64,000 nucleotides of DNA from Magallana gigas (lineage: Eukaryota): the NCBI RefSeq assembly GCF_963853765.1, contig NC_088857.1, positions 8,804,001 through 8,868,000 of the forward strand, written 5' to 3'. Under the pieces are notes generated by a model. The model saw only the letters and a program-made list of their open reading frames with translations, was not told where the DNA came from and did not search any database. Below, one piece after another: positions 61,457 through 64,000 of the stretch; within the stretch, counting starts at the first letter, position 1, and the number at the start of each line of letters is the position of its first letter. Both the position numbers and the translations under genes were made by a program.

Positions 61457-64000
61457 ATTCAACTGACAAGACTATAAATCATAATAATCATTATTCATTG
61501 TTTTCAAGAATATGTATAGCTTTCTAAATATAAAAAATATATTAATTTTTTCTATGTGTATATTATCAGTAAACTTTGTAATGATGCACAATGTTACTGT
61601 TCTTAAAATAAAGAATGTCAACACATTATATTCTAATTGTCTTTTTGCGAAATAGAACCACTAATTACCTTTCATTGTCATTTCTTTATTATACAACTTT
61701 TTATTATTTTTTTCATCAATATCATCAAAGCACCAAAAAGACTTTTCAAAGCATCCGATTTATTAAAATTTAACTGTAATAGAAACGTTATCCATTCAAG
61801 ATACCTTTTTAAAAAAAAACACACGAAAAAAGTGTCTTCCCGGGCATATGTCTGATTGACACAGATATCGAACATTCATTCAGAAAAAGACAACACCACA
61901 GAATTACATTAGTTTTGCAGATAGTATTATCACAAACAATATGTACACTGTAACAAAAGTTAGCATTTTGCAGATGCATTTATGTATTCGATGTATTCAA
62001 ATATTACTGGGGCACGTCCATAACACAATGTTCATGCGTCTTTTTTGTCCATCCGACTTGAGAACAATGTATGCATTACGTTTCATATATATAATAGATA
62101 TACTCATTAAAAATAATATCATTGTATGAGTGAATCGTTTCTTTAAAAAAAACATTTAACTTGAAATAAGCATTGCAAATAATTTCCCGCCCTCCTAAAG
62201 GGTCTTTGACAAAGTGGGATATCTTGCATCGTATACATCATTATAATGCATTTTGACGGTTATGACAGGGTATTTATTCAGACATTGATAAGAAACATAC
62301 CAGGACGCATTATTTACTGCAGAGCGATACCAATGGTATTATTCTTTTGGAACAAAAACAGTATCTAATGTCTATATTTGAGTTACCGTATCAATATTTA
62401 TTCATTCTACAATTATTAGAAAAAGGATAGGCTTTCTCTGGATTTTGAATTGTGTTATAGGCAAATATTAAGCATCTTAAAAGTCTATAAATGTCATTTT
62501 TAACGCTGTTTTTGCTATTTGTTGGATACCTGACCACAAATTAAATGATCTGTATAAAATAAAACACTGTAAAATTAAGGAAGGGTTATTCATTGGTGCT
62601 AATTAAAAATTATGGCTATTTTCTGTCAGGACAGAAGCGAAAATGTTCAGATGCTTATCGATAAACGATTTAATTAAGTGTAAATCTGCGCATGACCGCG
62701 GGAAAAGTAATCGAAAGAAACAGCATGGCGAAAGAGAAATGACAGCAATTTTGTTAAAAAAATAATTTACTGAAAATACTCATTTGACGTTGACAAAAAA
62801 ATATTACTGCAAAATTTTCGTTACGAAAAAATTACCACTATCAATAAACCTATAGACCAACAATTTTATTTACACCTGATCAGAGAATAAATTAACCAGA
62901 ACGTCAGTATTTCCACTATTGGGATGACTCGACTCAAAACAGTAGTTTCTAATAGATGTCTTTTTTTTTCTTTTGTTTACGAGTGCGTTAGCCTGCTACC
63001 AGCATGCCGACCACGCTTTCGCGTCAACGTTTTGTTTCTTTACTAAATACTTACGTATACAAAGCATAAACAAACATTCGAGATCAAACCTCTTGGTGCG
63101 AAAATGCAACCAGGGCGAATCCACCCGGATTCAATCCAATTAAATATGCCGATACATTCAAGAAACGTCATATTAGGTTTGATTTTATTAATAACGCTTT
63201 AACAAACGTCCAGAAGAGGAGTTCTGTTTACTTTCATTTCCGTTATATCTCTTTTATACAGGTAAGCAGGCAATAATTCTAAACAACCTACTCTTAGATT
63301 TCTTTGTTTTGTTTTCATGTGAATGGTTTATGAAAAGAATTGCCTTTTTTGCTTTTGTATTTTGGGTCACCCTTTTAGTAAGTGATATCTCGAATCATCT
63401 TGTGTTCTCAAGATATAAATGTCAAATTTTAGTTTTAACTTATTAGTAGAAACTTGGTTTAAACATTAAATCTTTTAGAATTAAAAGTACTTTCATATCT
63501 GTTTTTATTCTTAACGGTGTTAAAATCCTCCTACTCAAATGTTTCATCAATTGTAGAAAGTTTAGCATAAGTCTGAGCTTTATTTTACCATTTTCTTTAA
63601 CACATCTACATGTAAAAACATATTTCCAAAAACTGCACAGAGTAAGTTGTGGATTCCGTGTCTTGTTTCCATTTTGATTGATTATATAATTTATATCTCA
63701 GACCAACCCATTGTTAGAAACAATAGAAACAAATTGTTATGCTGTTTATATTTAAGCCCGAGAATCTTGAGAAGTCTAGTAGAACGCATACAAAGATAAT
63801 TTGGTATCAGCTAAGGATTTGTGATCGGCGTCTTGAGAAATGTTGTACCAATTATCTTTAATAGCCATTCTATTGATTAGTCAAAAATATTAAAAAACCG
63901 TTGTTTTTTAAGCTATGGTGTTCTCGCTGAACATTAACAAATACACCATTTATGCCATGTGAATGAATTACGTAAATATTGCACTCTTTATGCCCAAGGC

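Noticed and set aside
62990-63270. Candidate divergent non-coding first exons (donors near 63052 minus and 63262 plus)
   Set aside because: Only isolated gtaag motifs; no coding partner inside the window.

Overview
AT-rich, intron-rich animal genomic DNA with three N gaps. It is most likely a bivalve (oyster-like) scaffold; this is an inference from a Pif-type shell-matrix gene and the repeat style, not a database match. Most short ORFs in the track are noise or single exons. Hand-splicing (GT..AG, phases checked) gives seven multi-exon genes. (1) A type I membrane receptor-like gene with three cytoplasmic YxxL motifs (2129-4962 +), preceded by tRNA-Gly(GCC) and followed by a decayed duplicate (tRNA pseudogene plus TM exon). 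(2,3) Two tandem secreted ShKT-ShKT-(VWC)n paralogues with 5 and 3 VWC-like modules (7529-12889 - and 13371-17308 -). (4) A Pif/BMSP-like gene (VWA, chitin-binding, LamG) with a long Asp/Ser-rich N-terminal extension (38886-45054 +). (5) TMEM101 (49563-52712 -). (6,7) Two tandem calmodulin-like genes (54960-56489 + and 59323-61456 +), the second carrying a truncated RTE LINE. Non-coding highlights: a TTAA-flanked Kolobok-like insertion whose empty site is in the same window, a foldback repeat family in three copies, a 29-bp minisatellite built from an exon end plus splice donor, and a strong excess of TACATGTA that looks like Tc1/mariner excision footprints. No gene was recognised in about 17.4-38.8 kb.
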